DNA of 64,000 bases, taken from the IMG/VR virus record IMGVR_UViG_3300014913_000011, positions 1 through 64,000 of that record. One strand, written 5' to 3'. Every line of letters starts with the position of its first letter. Position 1 is the first letter of the stretch. This DNA is from a virus. The notes under the pieces are model-generated. The model ran no database searches and was not told the origin of the DNA. It saw only the letters and a list, made by a program, of their open reading frames with translations. Below are positions 30,533 through 40,648 of the stretch, in pieces. The position numbers and the translations under genes were made by a program.

Positions 30533-32319
30533 TACTTTTTAGTTGCCTGTTTCTTAACGGCTTTTGTTTTTAATGCCCTCTGTTTAAAAGAATTTGTATT
30601 TATCCCAAAAGTTGCTGCTGCTTTTAATATATTAACTACTAACATTTCTCTCTCATAGGAACTCATTTTAACTTTAAGTCTAGAAAACTTGCTCATAGCA
30701 GATATTACTTGCTCTCTAGTATCCAAAGGAAACATTTCTAACCTTGGTAGCCCATACTTTGCGCTATAGTCAATTTCTGCAGCAAATTCAAGATCTTCTA
30801 CTGACTCTTCGAAAGTTTCTGTAGATATACCTAACTTTATTCCCGCTATTACTAAATTATTGAAGAACTCTTTCTGATCCTTCTCCTCAAGTGTCTTACT
30901 AATATATTGAAATAACTTCATATTTGCATGAATCCTGTCTTTCGAGTGAATTGGGTACTTCCTTTCCTGTCTCAATCCGAAAGAGGTATGTGACAACTTC
31001 TTTCTCTCTTTAGTAGTGGTACCCTTTACTCTTGGTACTTTAAGTTTGTCTATTTTCTCAACTGCCTTACCGACTGGGAACTCTTTTTCTTCTTTAAATT
31101 CAGTTTCATCAGACTTATCTACTATTTTAAATAGTGATTCTATTTGCTCAACTGCCTTTTGATCTACCTTATCTGATCCCGCCTCTAAAACTGCTTCAAG
31201 TTCGTCGTCTCCTTCTGACTTCTTCTCTGCTTCAACTATAAATGAAACTTTACTACTACCTACTATCTCATAAGATTCACTGTCAGTATGGATAACCGTA
31301 TCGCTTACTTCTGACTCGGCCAATTCTTCTGCCCTTAGAAAGGAACAATTTAACTCAGCTAATCTAACGACTATACCATCACTTGCCATCTCCACTGATC
31401 TAATTTTTGCCTCTTCATAAGTGCTATAATGATGTTTAATCTCAGATCCGACAATCAGTACAAATCCAGTGTCTTTCCTTTCGGCTACTTTGAATTCTTT
31501 CCTATTTTTTACTTCATTAATTGAATCTTTTTCTAACTTATCCAAGTCCACTAATATTAAACTCATTTTAGCTGCTTCTGGTAGGTTCTTCGCTGTCCTC
31601 ACTTGACTAGCAGCCTCAAGTATTAGAGATCTGTTATTGGCTGGATTACCTACAATAGCTACACCACAGAACCTAACTCCTCTTAACATTCTGGCAATCC
31701 TTTCGTTTCCAAGACACTTACCTTTTGCTACATCTCTAACTTCTCTATTTATTGTGGAATCAGCCTTATCATAAACAGCTGCTTCATTCTTGGATAGGAT
31801 AACATCATCTACTTGGACATCAAAATCATCATAATAACATTCCATGGATACTTTCCACTTGCCCATCTCTATTTCTTCAGAAATTTCTGGGAAGTTGGCT
31901 CTATAGACTGCACAGATAATTCCAATATCCATTTCCATCTTGTCTAACTCGGCTATAGCTTCCTTTCTCTCCTTCTCATCAGAGTGTGTAGCTTTAGCGT
32001 ATAGCTCTTTATCGTCTAATACATTACCAACTTGATCCATGAAAATCCATGACGTAATATGTCCTATAACATCTTTAGATTCATGAGAAATGTTAACTGG
32101 TTTTTGTGTAATGGATTCCCTGGCTAATACTAATTCTGATCCTAGGAAACCTGCACCATTCTTATTTACTCCAGTAGAGACTAGAATAGCTGACATAAAC
32201 ATGAGGTCTTTTTGATTATTCTGGGGTAGTTCTAATTTTTCAGCAATTTCTTTTTTACGTTTATCAGATAACTCCTGATGTACGTTTAAAATTGCTTCTA
32301 ACAATAATTTTTTACTCAT
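30532..32319 (-). CDS. Prohead maturation protease with C-terminal DUF6582-like repeats
   Basis: PVNISH...VIGHI...KVSMEC...FCGVAIVGNPA protease pattern; start refined to ATG 32319. Confidence 0.75.
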   Translation of the reverse strand: MSKKLLLEAILNVHQELSDKRKKEIAEKLELPQNNQKDLMFMSAILVSTGVNKNGAGFLGSELVLARESITQKPVNISHESKDVIGHITSWIFMDQVGNVLDDKELYAKATHSDEKERKEAIAELDKMEMDIGIICAVYRANFPEISEEIEMGKWKVSMECYYDDFDVQVDDVILSKNEAAVYDKADSTINREVRDVAKGKCLGNERIARMLRGVRFCGVAIVGNPANNRSLILEAASQVRTAKNLPEAAKMSLILVDLDKLEKDSINEVKNRKEFKVAERKDTGFVLIVGSEIKHHYSTYEEAKIRSVEMASDGIVVRLAELNCSFLRAEELAESEVSDTVIHTDSESYEIVGSSKVSFIVEAEKKSEGDDELEAVLEAGSDKVDQKAVEQIESLFKIVDKSDETEFKEEKEFPVGKAVEKIDKLKVPRVKGTTTKERKKLSHTSFGLRQERKYPIHSKDRIHANMKLFQYISKTLEEKDQKEFFNNLVIAGIKLGISTETFEESVEDLEFAAEIDYSAKYGLPRLEMFPLDTREQVISAMSKFSRLKVKMSSYEREMLVVNILKAAATFGINTNSFKQRALKTKAVKKQATKK

Positions 32320-32351
32320 ATCTAACCTCTCCAAAGAGTTTTATAATTTTT

Positions 32352-32882
32352 CTAAGAAGTAATAGTAACTGATCCTGCAGATCTTAATGCAGTTCCAACA
32401 ACTTCTCCTTCCTTTTCTGCTGAGTCTACTTCTATGTAAAGTACTGGGTTTCTATCTGTACCTACTCTTGTTAACTCAAACTCACTATTTTCATTCTTAA
32501 AGGTATGAAAATTAGTAACTGTCTTCTTCACTACTTCTGTATGTATGGATACTACTTTACCTTTCCAGGCACCTAAGTGGTCTGTCCAACTTACTTTTAC
32601 TCCTGCCTGAACTGAGGCTTTCTCTATAGCCTGCTCACAGAATGCACTTGATTTAAAATCGTCAACTAAATATAAAAGCTGTTCCTTTTTATACTCTTCA
32701 TTAATTATTAACTGTACTTCCATCACCATTGCATTCATCTGTGCTTGCCACTGTAATACAAATTCAAGAGTGGGTGTTCCAGCCATGTATTCTATAGAGT
32801 CGCTAAGAACTTTAGCAATACCAAGCAAAATTATCTCCATTGCTTCTCTTTTTGCATATAATGTGTCTATTAAGTCACTCAT
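32352..32882 (-). CDS. Head-module protein with DUF2945/Tudor-like C-terminal domain
   Basis: GVKVSW...GAWKGKVVSI...GTDRNPVLYIEV; between portal and protease. Confidence 0.5.
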   Translation of the reverse strand: MSDLIDTLYAKREAMEIILLGIAKVLSDSIEYMAGTPTLEFVLQWQAQMNAMVMEVQLIINEEYKKEQLLYLVDDFKSSAFCEQAIEKASVQAGVKVSWTDHLGAWKGKVVSIHTEVVKKTVTNFHTFKNENSEFELTRVGTDRNPVLYIEVDSAEKEGEVVGTALRSAGSVTITS

Positions 32883-32958
32883 TTTATAAATCCTCCCTAT
32901 TATTGTTTAAATTAGAATCTCTTCTTAAATAGATAAAGTACAGAAACATATCCCATTG

Positions 32959-35103
32959 TTATTTCTTGGATTTTAGTAATGTGATTAACCTCTTTTTCTC
33001 ACCTTCTGGTAACTCTCTAATATTACTAATTAAACCTTCTACTTCTACATCTATATTAGTATTGTCCGAAGCTTTGGTTCTGGTTTGTTTTTGTTGAGTA
33101 GGACTATCTACCTTAGTTTTTTTTGTAACTGTTTTAGTATTATCTACTGGTTTCTTGTTTCCAGTTGGTTGTCCTTTTGGTCTACCCTGGTCTCCAGATG
33201 TTTGTTGAAAAGGACTCCCAGGTATTCCTATACCCTCTGCTTCCAACTTTAACTCTTCTCGCATCTTCTCTACTTCTGCTTCTGGATCAAATCCCAAGAC
33301 TTGCATAGTGGTATGTCTGGAAACTAGTTTTCTATCAATCATTTGCATCATGGAAGCTCTAGTAACTGCATCACTGTCTGTTGTAATAACTGATTGTTGC
33401 CATCTCACTACCGGATAAGAATTAAAGCCATTTTGTTCTGCTATTAGCTTATATTGCTTATAAATCCAGGCAGTTATTGCTCTTCTAACGACATCTATCT
33501 GACTTTGAGTTGACTTAGAAGATAGTACTGCTGCTGCATTTTGTATAGAGCTGCCGTCAATTATGGCTCTAGATATACCTAAACCTGCTTGAATGTCCAT
33601 CTCTACTTGCTCATACTTGGCCTTTCCAAGGATGGCACCTATATCGGGGGTAGTTATTTTCTCAATATCCAAAGTATGATTCCATACTACAGAGAATGCC
33701 TTTTGAGGGGTGTTAAAGGCTTCTGCTAGATCTTCTAGAACCTTTAGATCAGTAACTGGGTGGTCCTTATCCCCTACAGTTACCTTTAGAATATAGTTAA
33801 AAATTCCATCTAAGGTAGCAAAATCGGCTGCTACTAGTTCGTCCTTATAATCGATGGCATCAAAAATCCTGGATCCTCTAGGTTTCGCATAAGCTTCATG
33901 GTCATCCTTACGAAAAAATATGACATCTAATTCATCACCCGTGAATAGGTAGTCATCTCCCCCTATAGCGGAAGCTTTCATTTTGGTGGGGACCATTCCT
34001 ATTAACTGTTTCTCCTCTGGACTCATTTCTCTCTTCTTTTGTCTCTCTACTGATTCCTTCAAACCAGATAAACCTTTAGAGGTGTAAGTGTAAGTAGCCC
34101 CACCAAAAAACCCTGAACTCTCTACATTCATATGTTTAGGATTTAATAGAGTATAAGCTATTGGCATCTTCCCGGATGCTTTTTTAGCTGCCACCTCTAT
34201 TTCCCTCGCAATCGCTGCATCATACCTTTTCTTATCCTGTTTGGTCCATTTTTTTCCAGTTACTTTTTCATAAACATCTCTAGATAGTCGAAGAAGGGTT
34301 GCCTTCTCTTTTTGTTTTTTCTTAGTATTAGTGGGTATTTTCCCAGGCAATGATGAGATTCCACCTGTATTTGGCTCATAACTACCTGTTCCTGGCATGA
34401 CATACGCTATACCATACTTGAATAGGTTATTAATTATCTTGTCTACTGTCTTCAAAAAGTTAGTATCTAAAATCCAAGAATCATAAAACTCCTTTATAGC
34501 CTCATCTGCTATTTCGTTTACGAACCCTGTTGATGTGAAGTCTGTGAGTGCGTCTATAGCTGATCCATATATTCCAGATCTGTAATATTCAACTTCAGAC
34601 CTTTCATATAGTTCAACTGCGTTCGCTTCGTCAGGTGTTTTCTCTCTGAGATCTAGTTCCTCATTGCTCAGAGGTGTACGGTATCTTTGATTCAGGGAGG
34701 CCATTTCTAGGGAAGCCATTTCTTTGTTGGTCTGTTTGACCTGCTTCACTACTTCTTCTATTCCTTTACCATTCTCTACTGCTTTAGCTATATCTCTTAA
34801 ACCTGCTATCTCTATCTGTCGAAGAAAGTTATCTCTTGTCTTGTTTAAATTTAATTTATGATATAGACTACCTCTATTAACCTGTCTCTCTGTAACTAGT
34901 TTATTTAATTGATCTTTATTTGCAAAAAAATTTCTATCAGCATCAAATTCTGAAATACTTAACTCTGCCGATAATTTTCCGTCCTTTATGTCACTAACCT
35001 TACTAATTTGGATACCTTTAGGTTTTAATGACTTATTAACTTTTGAAATTATGGCTGCTTTATCTATCTTTTTATTCTTATCGTCGTCTTTTTTTTCTAC
35101 CAC
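32959..35103 (-). CDS. Portal protein
   Basis: 714 aa directly downstream of TerL; portal-like C-terminus (PVVRW...LGFDPEAEVEKM). Confidence 0.75.
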   Translation of the reverse strand: MVEKKDDDKNKKIDKAAIISKVNKSLKPKGIQISKVSDIKDGKLSAELSISEFDADRNFFANKDQLNKLVTERQVNRGSLYHKLNLNKTRDNFLRQIEIAGLRDIAKAVENGKGIEEVVKQVKQTNKEMASLEMASLNQRYRTPLSNEELDLREKTPDEANAVELYERSEVEYYRSGIYGSAIDALTDFTSTGFVNEIADEAIKEFYDSWILDTNFLKTVDKIINNLFKYGIAYVMPGTGSYEPNTGGISSLPGKIPTNTKKKQKEKATLLRLSRDVYEKVTGKKWTKQDKKRYDAAIAREIEVAAKKASGKMPIAYTLLNPKHMNVESSGFFGGATYTYTSKGLSGLKESVERQKKREMSPEEKQLIGMVPTKMKASAIGGDDYLFTGDELDVIFFRKDDHEAYAKPRGSRIFDAIDYKDELVAADFATLDGIFNYILKVTVGDKDHPVTDLKVLEDLAEAFNTPQKAFSVVWNHTLDIEKITTPDIGAILGKAKYEQVEMDIQAGLGISRAIIDGSSIQNAAAVLSSKSTQSQIDVVRRAITAWIYKQYKLIAEQNGFNSYPVVRWQQSVITTDSDAVTRASMMQMIDRKLVSRHTTMQVLGFDPEAEVEKMREELKLEAEGIGIPGSPFQQTSGDQGRPKGQPTGNKKPVDNTKTVTKKTKVDSPTQQKQTRTKASDNTNIDVEVEGLISNIRELPEGEKKRLITLLKSKK

Positions 35104-38035
35104 TTTTCTGTGTTATAACTCCTCCGTTCCTTATTCTACGAATCCCGCTTGATCTTTGCTCTTGCATGAACTCCTGAGGTGTACAAACTAGTCTACCTTG
35201 TTGTATCATACCAACATCTGGGCCAGATGTCAAACTTTGTTCGTTTATTTCCCTTATTATACCTGTTGTAGGTACACTTAAATCTTCTCCGGGCTTAAAC
35301 CCCCGATCATACGCACATTTACCTGCTAATATGAAGGCTGTATATAAATCCTTTGTGTTCTTGTCCAGATTTGATTTTCGCGCTGCATTACTGCTGTTTG
35401 CATTTTTAGGTAAATCATACCTTGGAAGTTCTTTAACACCTGAACTAGTTATGATGATTGAAGCTATTTGATCTATCATCTTCTGAACTAAATCTATTGT
35501 TTTTATCCTTCCTTTTGCGTCTGGTGAGCTTTGTACTTCTATTGGATTATTAGATTGAGGTAATTTTAATAAACCTTGCTCTAATAATGCCTTAGTATTA
35601 TTATTAGCATCACCTATAAATTCACTTACAAAATTACACATAGTAAGAATTCTCTTTCCTGTCATAAAAGGGCTTGACTCTTTCTCAATAATCTTTGTTT
35701 TTAGATGATCTCCCACGTCTAATTGACTTGGATCTGCTAGTAGATCCTGTAAAGTTCTACCTCCACCTCCAGAATCCATGTAAATTTCCTCAGGACTGAA
35801 TTTGAATATTAAATCAAGGATAGTTTTTGCCTGATCCTGGAAAGAGGCAGTGCCCCCTGGAATTTCTACTATATGAACTACCTTACATACGAACCCTAGC
35901 TCCATAATTACTATTGCTGTAGAATCTCTATCCCTAGCCACGTCAATTCCGAATACGTATTTGGTGTTTTTATGTTTATTTAAATCTCTCTCTGAATATG
36001 GAACTAGATCCACTTCCCTACATGCAGAAAGTAAAGCCATCGGAAATGCACCTGCTGAGTCTGCAATCCACTCAGCACACCACTCTGTAAGGAACATATG
36101 CGAAGGATCGTTATTCATTGCATTATCAATTAGGTCTTGCTCTAAAAAACCTTCAGGTATATCATTCCAAGGAACAAAATTTAAGGAGTGCTTATTACTT
36201 CCTGCTTTCATCTGTTGCCAAAATTTTTGAATAGTAGCCCACCAGTAATTAAATTGGTAATATCCAGAAGTAATCGCGATATATCCATTATCAGTGGAGA
36301 GTAAGTTTTCTATTAACTGTATATTATTTTTTCCTGACTCCTTATACTCGTTCTTAAGTTTTTCTAATTCTATTACCCTACCCATAGGATCAACTGATGT
36401 GGCAAGCATAGGTAGAATTACACTACTTAGAATTACCTCAGGGAGCTGAACACACTCATCAATTAATATCTCACTAAAACGTAGCCCTCTAATTTTTGCT
36501 CCATCTGTTCCTACTGGCAAAGCATTTAAGTAACTAGACTGATAACCCGTTGCAGGTGGTTTGAGTATACACTTACAAGCATCATTACCTTCAGTTGGCT
36601 CTTTAAGAATGCATTCTGCTAATAAAGGACTATCATCTACAAACTTTGTAAACTCTTTAAAAATAAGTTTTGACTGCCTGTAGGAAGGACCGAATACTCC
36701 CATTCTTGAGTTTGGATATAATAACATTTTAAGTGCTAAGTATACAGCACATAGGAACGTATTATGAGTAACGATATAATCATCGGTTACATATAGTTCT
36801 TCAGGATCATCTATCTTTATGCAGGTTGCATAATCTTTCTTTCCCGTAAACTCTATTGATTCTATCCTAAGACCAAAATTTTTTTCTGAATATTGATCTG
36901 TTTCTTTAAATCTCTCTAATTTTCTAGGTGATGAAACCAGTTCTCTTTTATCTTTATACCTAATACCTAATCTATAAGACTTTCTTCCTTTAACCTTGTC
37001 TCCATACTTATCCGTATACTTAGTTACTCTCGCCTGTATTGTACATATTCCACCCAATTTCCAAATTAAGGTTTGCACTTGTGTAGCCAACTCTTTACTT
37101 GTCGTTGTGTAGGTTATACTTCCACCTTTCACAGTTGTTCTATCTGTATCTATTAAACCCTGGATTAATTCGATGGTTTGTTTTCTTGATAGATTCATGT
37201 AGGCTTCAGGTATACTTTTGTCTTGGGACTTTTTACCAAAAATATTTAACCTTTTTAGTTCTTCTTTTAGAGTGTTTATATGAACTCTGCCTAAATTTCT
37301 TAGTTTTTTATGAACTATTACATAGTCATACTTACCTCTCTTGGAAAGTTCTAAATCTTCAGGTAGTGCCTTTGATACTTTCTCTAGTATAAAACCATCA
37401 GCTGAAGTAAATCCTACGTGATGTGTCATACATCCATCTCCAACTAAAGCCCCCAATAGGTACGGATGTATGTATAATTCTTTATCCACTTCTAATACTA
37501 CATTCTCTGCGACAGGTATTCTAGGATACCTATGATTTCTCTTAGCTTTACCACTACCAATATACTCTTTAATATCCTCTGTTTCTAATACTTCATACTG
37601 CCCAGATCCATTTACCCCTCGGACTGTCCATAAGTGTTCTTTAGTACACTCACAGGTTCTTCCATCATAGAAGTTTACTTTATAGATGTCTTGCTTACCC
37701 TGTGGAAATATACCTATGACATTACTTAAGCTGCCTTTAGGAGTAATAACTTGGTCACCGATTTTAATATCTTCAATTTTTACCCAACCATTAACTGTTA
37801 ATACTTTAGATCCATTAACAGTCGCTTTACCAAATCCTCTAGAAGCAGTAAGTTGGTTGAACTTGCTCTGCCACCAATCCATTAAAATCTTCCCCTGCAC
37901 TGGTAATAATGTCACAGGTCTACCATCTCTTACTAATAAATGATTAGCAGCTATTATAGGATTCTGCCTATAAAAATGAATTAATCTTGTTATATCGTCT
38001 GGTAAAGTATTACTTCTAGATTGAATTAAAACCAT
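35078..38035 (-). CDS. terL: Terminase large subunit (intein-containing)
   Basis: Walker A SRGFGK|T, Walker B ILIDE, KIRGLR, nuclease FGIDVAR...DSTA, YMDSGGGG. Confidence 0.95.
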   Translation of the reverse strand: MVLIQSRSNTLPDDITRLIHFYRQNPIIAANHLLVRDGRPVTLLPVQGKILMDWWQSKFNQLTASRGFGKATVNGSKVLTVNGWVKIEDIKIGDQVITPKGSLSNVIGIFPQGKQDIYKVNFYDGRTCECTKEHLWTVRGVNGSGQYEVLETEDIKEYIGSGKAKRNHRYPRIPVAENVVLEVDKELYIHPYLLGALVGDGCMTHHVGFTSADGFILEKVSKALPEDLELSKRGKYDYVIVHKKLRNLGRVHINTLKEELKRLNIFGKKSQDKSIPEAYMNLSRKQTIELIQGLIDTDRTTVKGGSITYTTTSKELATQVQTLIWKLGGICTIQARVTKYTDKYGDKVKGRKSYRLGIRYKDKRELVSSPRKLERFKETDQYSEKNFGLRIESIEFTGKKDYATCIKIDDPEELYVTDDYIVTHNTFLCAVYLALKMLLYPNSRMGVFGPSYRQSKLIFKEFTKFVDDSPLLAECILKEPTEGNDACKCILKPPATGYQSSYLNALPVGTDGAKIRGLRFSEILIDECVQLPEVILSSVILPMLATSVDPMGRVIELEKLKNEYKESGKNNIQLIENLLSTDNGYIAITSGYYQFNYWWATIQKFWQQMKAGSNKHSLNFVPWNDIPEGFLEQDLIDNAMNNDPSHMFLTEWCAEWIADSAGAFPMALLSACREVDLVPYSERDLNKHKNTKYVFGIDVARDRDSTAIVIMELGFVCKVVHIVEIPGGTASFQDQAKTILDLIFKFSPEEIYMDSGGGGRTLQDLLADPSQLDVGDHLKTKIIEKESSPFMTGKRILTMCNFVSEFIGDANNNTKALLEQGLLKLPQSNNPIEVQSSPDAKGRIKTIDLVQKMIDQIASIIITSSGVKELPRYDLPKNANSSNAARKSNLDKNTKDLYTAFILAGKCAYDRGFKPGEDLSVPTTGIIREINEQSLTSGPDVGMIQQGRLVCTPQEFMQEQRSSGIRRIRNGGVITQKSGRKKRRR
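36761..37825 (-). mobile_element. Class-3-type intein (355 aa, Ala1, WCT triad, +1 Thr) in the TerL P-loop, with LAGLIDADG domain
   Basis: A1 TVNGSKVLT; CTKEHLW; ATCIKID; IVTHN|T; YLLGALVGDG and LIQGLIDTDR. Confidence 0.92.
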
Positions 38036-38679
38036 TAAGGTGTATTTACCTTTATCTTTTTTTTACTTTTATCTTTTTTACTTTCTACCACTTCTAAAGC
38101 TGAATGTAAAGTCATATACTCATCTACATCGGTGTGATCACTATTTTCATACTTATCTAATATTTTTTGCTGCTGTTTATCAAACATTGCGAATAATTTA
38201 GGTTCTTGTTTAAATTTTCCTAACATATCCATCATTGTCATTTCTCTTCTATTCTTTCTTTCCTCTTGTCTAGATGATGCTGTAATTTTCAGACTTTTTT
38301 GAAGAGTATCTACCTGTTTTGAAATATTAACAATGTCATTCATCGTTGTCTTATCAGGTGATCCTGCACAGACTGTAAGTACTTTATACATTTCATCTCT
38401 TCTGATAATATCACGGTAAAGGGTCGCTATATCTTTTATCTCTGTCTCTGTAAGTTCCTTCGAACCTAACTCTATTATTAGTTTATCACATAATTTTAAA
38501 AATCTATTTCTTTCTTCCAATTTTAAAGTATTTTCAGGTACATATAGATACAAATCATCTGAGGTGATCTCAGCATTCTGCATAGAGTACTGCTTGTACC
38601 GTTTCTTAGTTACTTTAGTGTACTTTTCTTTTGTAGAATCTTGCTCTACTATCTCTAACTCTTCTTCTTTATTGCTCAT
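38035..38679 (-). CDS. Terminase small subunit candidate
   Basis: Helical 214-aa ORF coupled to TerL (TAATG overlap); LQKSLKITASSR resembles the P27-like TerS motif. Confidence 0.5.
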   Translation of the reverse strand: MSNKEEELEIVEQDSTKEKYTKVTKKRYKQYSMQNAEITSDDLYLYVPENTLKLEERNRFLKLCDKLIIELGSKELTETEIKDIATLYRDIIRRDEMYKVLTVCAGSPDKTTMNDIVNISKQVDTLQKSLKITASSRQEERKNRREMTMMDMLGKFKQEPKLFAMFDKQQQKILDKYENSDHTDVDEYMTLHSALEVVESKKDKSKKKIKVNTP

Positions 38680-39037
38680 CGTCTAATTCACTTATTAACC
38701 TATCTTTCAACTCTGATGAAAAAGAATTTAATTCTCCACAGTAAAGACAACACTTTCTGGCACTATTAGATCCTACAGTAATAAGTTCTCCACACTTAAT
38801 ACACGGCACTTCACCTATTGTATGACTCACACAACTAGCACTAGTACTAACTATAGATTTATTAGGATCTGTACCACTTATTTCGTGATAGTACATTCCA
38901 GTTTTGGGATCTCTTCTACCAGCCTTGTATTTATCATAATGCTGATTTTGTTTCTCTATCATCTTAAAGTACTTCTTGTCGCCCATCTCTGCCCTGAGAG
39001 GGGTGTCTTTAGCCTTGGGTGCTTCTTTTAATGTCAT
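38669..39037 (-). CDS. Zinc-ribbon protein
   Basis: CIKC...CLYC. Confidence 0.65.
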   Translation of the reverse strand: MTLKEAPKAKDTPLRAEMGDKKYFKMIEKQNQHYDKYKAGRRDPKTGMYYHEISGTDPNKSIVSTSASCVSHTIGEVPCIKCGELITVGSNSARKCCLYCGELNSFSSELKDRLISELDDEQ

Positions 39038-39038
39038 C

Positions 39039-39680
39039 TTATCTTCCTATCAAATTATCTAATATTCTACTAAATTTTGTCAATATATTTTCCTCTAAGC
39101 TTTTGTAATCTGGATTTCCTAAGATCTTTGTTATAAGAGAAGAGGTATGATATTTGGCCTCACATTTTGACCATACAGGTTCAGAGTGATCGTCTTCTAC
39201 ATCCAGCATATCCATCACATAATGTTGCACTTCGTGTCTCCAGGTAATTCTGAGATCTTCTACCCGCTGTCTTACCATGAATACTTGCTTTGTCTTGTAG
39301 GTATAAAATCCTAACACACGCCCGCCTGAAGGTCTAAGCCTAATGTAGTTAATTCTTTTTCCAGAATATACATCAGGTGAACTTAATTCAAGTATATTAC
39401 ATTCAGGAATTTTTAGCAACTTTCCTGGATTTGCCAAAAACTTGTCATATAGTTTTTTATCAGAAGCCAAAGTGCAGTTTACGGATTTTATATATTCTTC
39501 CTTAACTCTAATATATTTTGAACATGGGGAAACATCCTCACTACCAGTAAAGTGTAGTTTCGGATAGACCTCTGGATTTGTAATAGGAATATATTTAAAA
39601 TTAGTTATAATTGCTTGTAAGAATACAATAAAAAGAAAACTAACAAAACAAGTCTTTAATATGTCCAATAGTACTCTCAT
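39039..39680 (-). CDS. Membrane-anchored zincin-like metallopeptidase
   Basis: N-terminal TM; LGFY...WRHEVQH (HExxH). Confidence 0.55.
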   Translation of the reverse strand: MRVLLDILKTCFVSFLFIVFLQAIITNFKYIPITNPEVYPKLHFTGSEDVSPCSKYIRVKEEYIKSVNCTLASDKKLYDKFLANPGKLLKIPECNILELSSPDVYSGKRINYIRLRPSGGRVLGFYTYKTKQVFMVRQRVEDLRITWRHEVQHYVMDMLDVEDDHSEPVWSKCEAKYHTSSLITKILGNPDYKSLEENILTKFSRILDNLIGR

Positions 39681-39716
39681 ATATTATGATAAAGTACAAA
39701 AATTGACTATTGGCCA

Positions 39717-39962
39717 TTATTTTCTTGTTCTGACAGCACCTCTTCTTCTCTGACGTTCAGCATCGTTTGCTGGATAATCCTCAGGTATCTTAGGTCCTAC
39801 CCACTGCTCTACACCATTAGTAGCTACGACTTCTTCTCTCTTGCCATCAATTATCACTGTAGTAACTCCAAGGATTTCAGGCTCTTCTACTAATGTTGGA
39901 TTAGTTCCAGATATCGCTTGAACTTCATTATTATAAAATGTAAAAAATGTTTTTCCTGCCAT
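39717..39962 (-). CDS. Hypothetical (probable late/virion) protein
   Basis: GAGG SD and late motif upstream. Confidence 0.65.
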   Translation of the reverse strand: MAGKTFFTFYNNEVQAISGTNPTLVEEPEILGVTTVIIDGKREEVVATNGVEQWVGPKIPEDYPANDAERQRRRGAVRTRK

Positions 39963-39980
39963 AATTACCTCTATATAAAG

Positions 39981-39989
39981 TATAGTACA
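39981..39989 (-). promoter_or_regulatory. Representative copy of the repeated TGTACTATA late-promoter-like motif
   Basis: Exact copies also at 40655, 47467, 51221, 53614 and 61188; one-mismatch copies at 1279, 24607, 32934, 39690 and 42524. Confidence 0.65.
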
Positions 39990-39990
39990 T

Positions 39991-40614
39991 TTAGTACTTT
40001 GTTTTCCTTAATTTATATCCACCCATTGGATAATGAATGTTAGGCTCCACTGGAGACATATACCCATCAGATCGCCATCTTATATTAAATTGAGCTGAAG
40101 TGTTTATAGGTATATACGGGTATCTAGGAGTGAATTGAAATTGTTGAGCTGGAAATTCTGTGTACCAAAACTCAGCAATAGCTGGATCGCTGTTATCATT
40201 TTCCCATTCATCATTTATAATACCTGGGACATCAAGAGGATATCCCTGTTGTGGTCCAATAGTAAACGGTGGGTCTGTTAAAGGTTCAATACCACTAGAC
40301 GTTGCTATATATCCTGGCTCTAGTTTTAGACCGTCTGAAGCTCGATTGATATACCTATTCTTGCTACTGTCTAGTGGCCTAGCCAGTCTAATACTAAGCT
40401 CATCGTGTCCTAGAGGTATAATTGGTGCTCTCCCTCCCCACTCCCTGTGTAATGTCGGATCTTTAAAGGGAACATTAGATTCTACTTTTCTATCGTAATT
40501 CATAGGGAATTTTGCCCTACTTCTCTGATAGGTTGGTTTATTTACTCTGCCTGGATACCAAGATGCTGCTGACTTATCTGTAGTATATGTTGGTGCCTTC
40601 TCTCTATTTGCCAC
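39991..40614 (-). CDS. Pro-rich hypothetical (probable late/virion) protein
   Basis: GTG start with GGAG SD; late motif upstream. Confidence 0.65.
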   Translation of the reverse strand: MANREKAPTYTTDKSAASWYPGRVNKPTYQRSRAKFPMNYDRKVESNVPFKDPTLHREWGGRAPIIPLGHDELSIRLARPLDSSKNRYINRASDGLKLEPGYIATSSGIEPLTDPPFTIGPQQGYPLDVPGIINDEWENDNSDPAIAEFWYTEFPAQQFQFTPRYPYIPINTSAQFNIRWRSDGYMSPVEPNIHYPMGGYKLRKTKY

Positions 40615-40648
40615 TAATTGTGTCTCCTAAATAACTATTCCCAATTAC

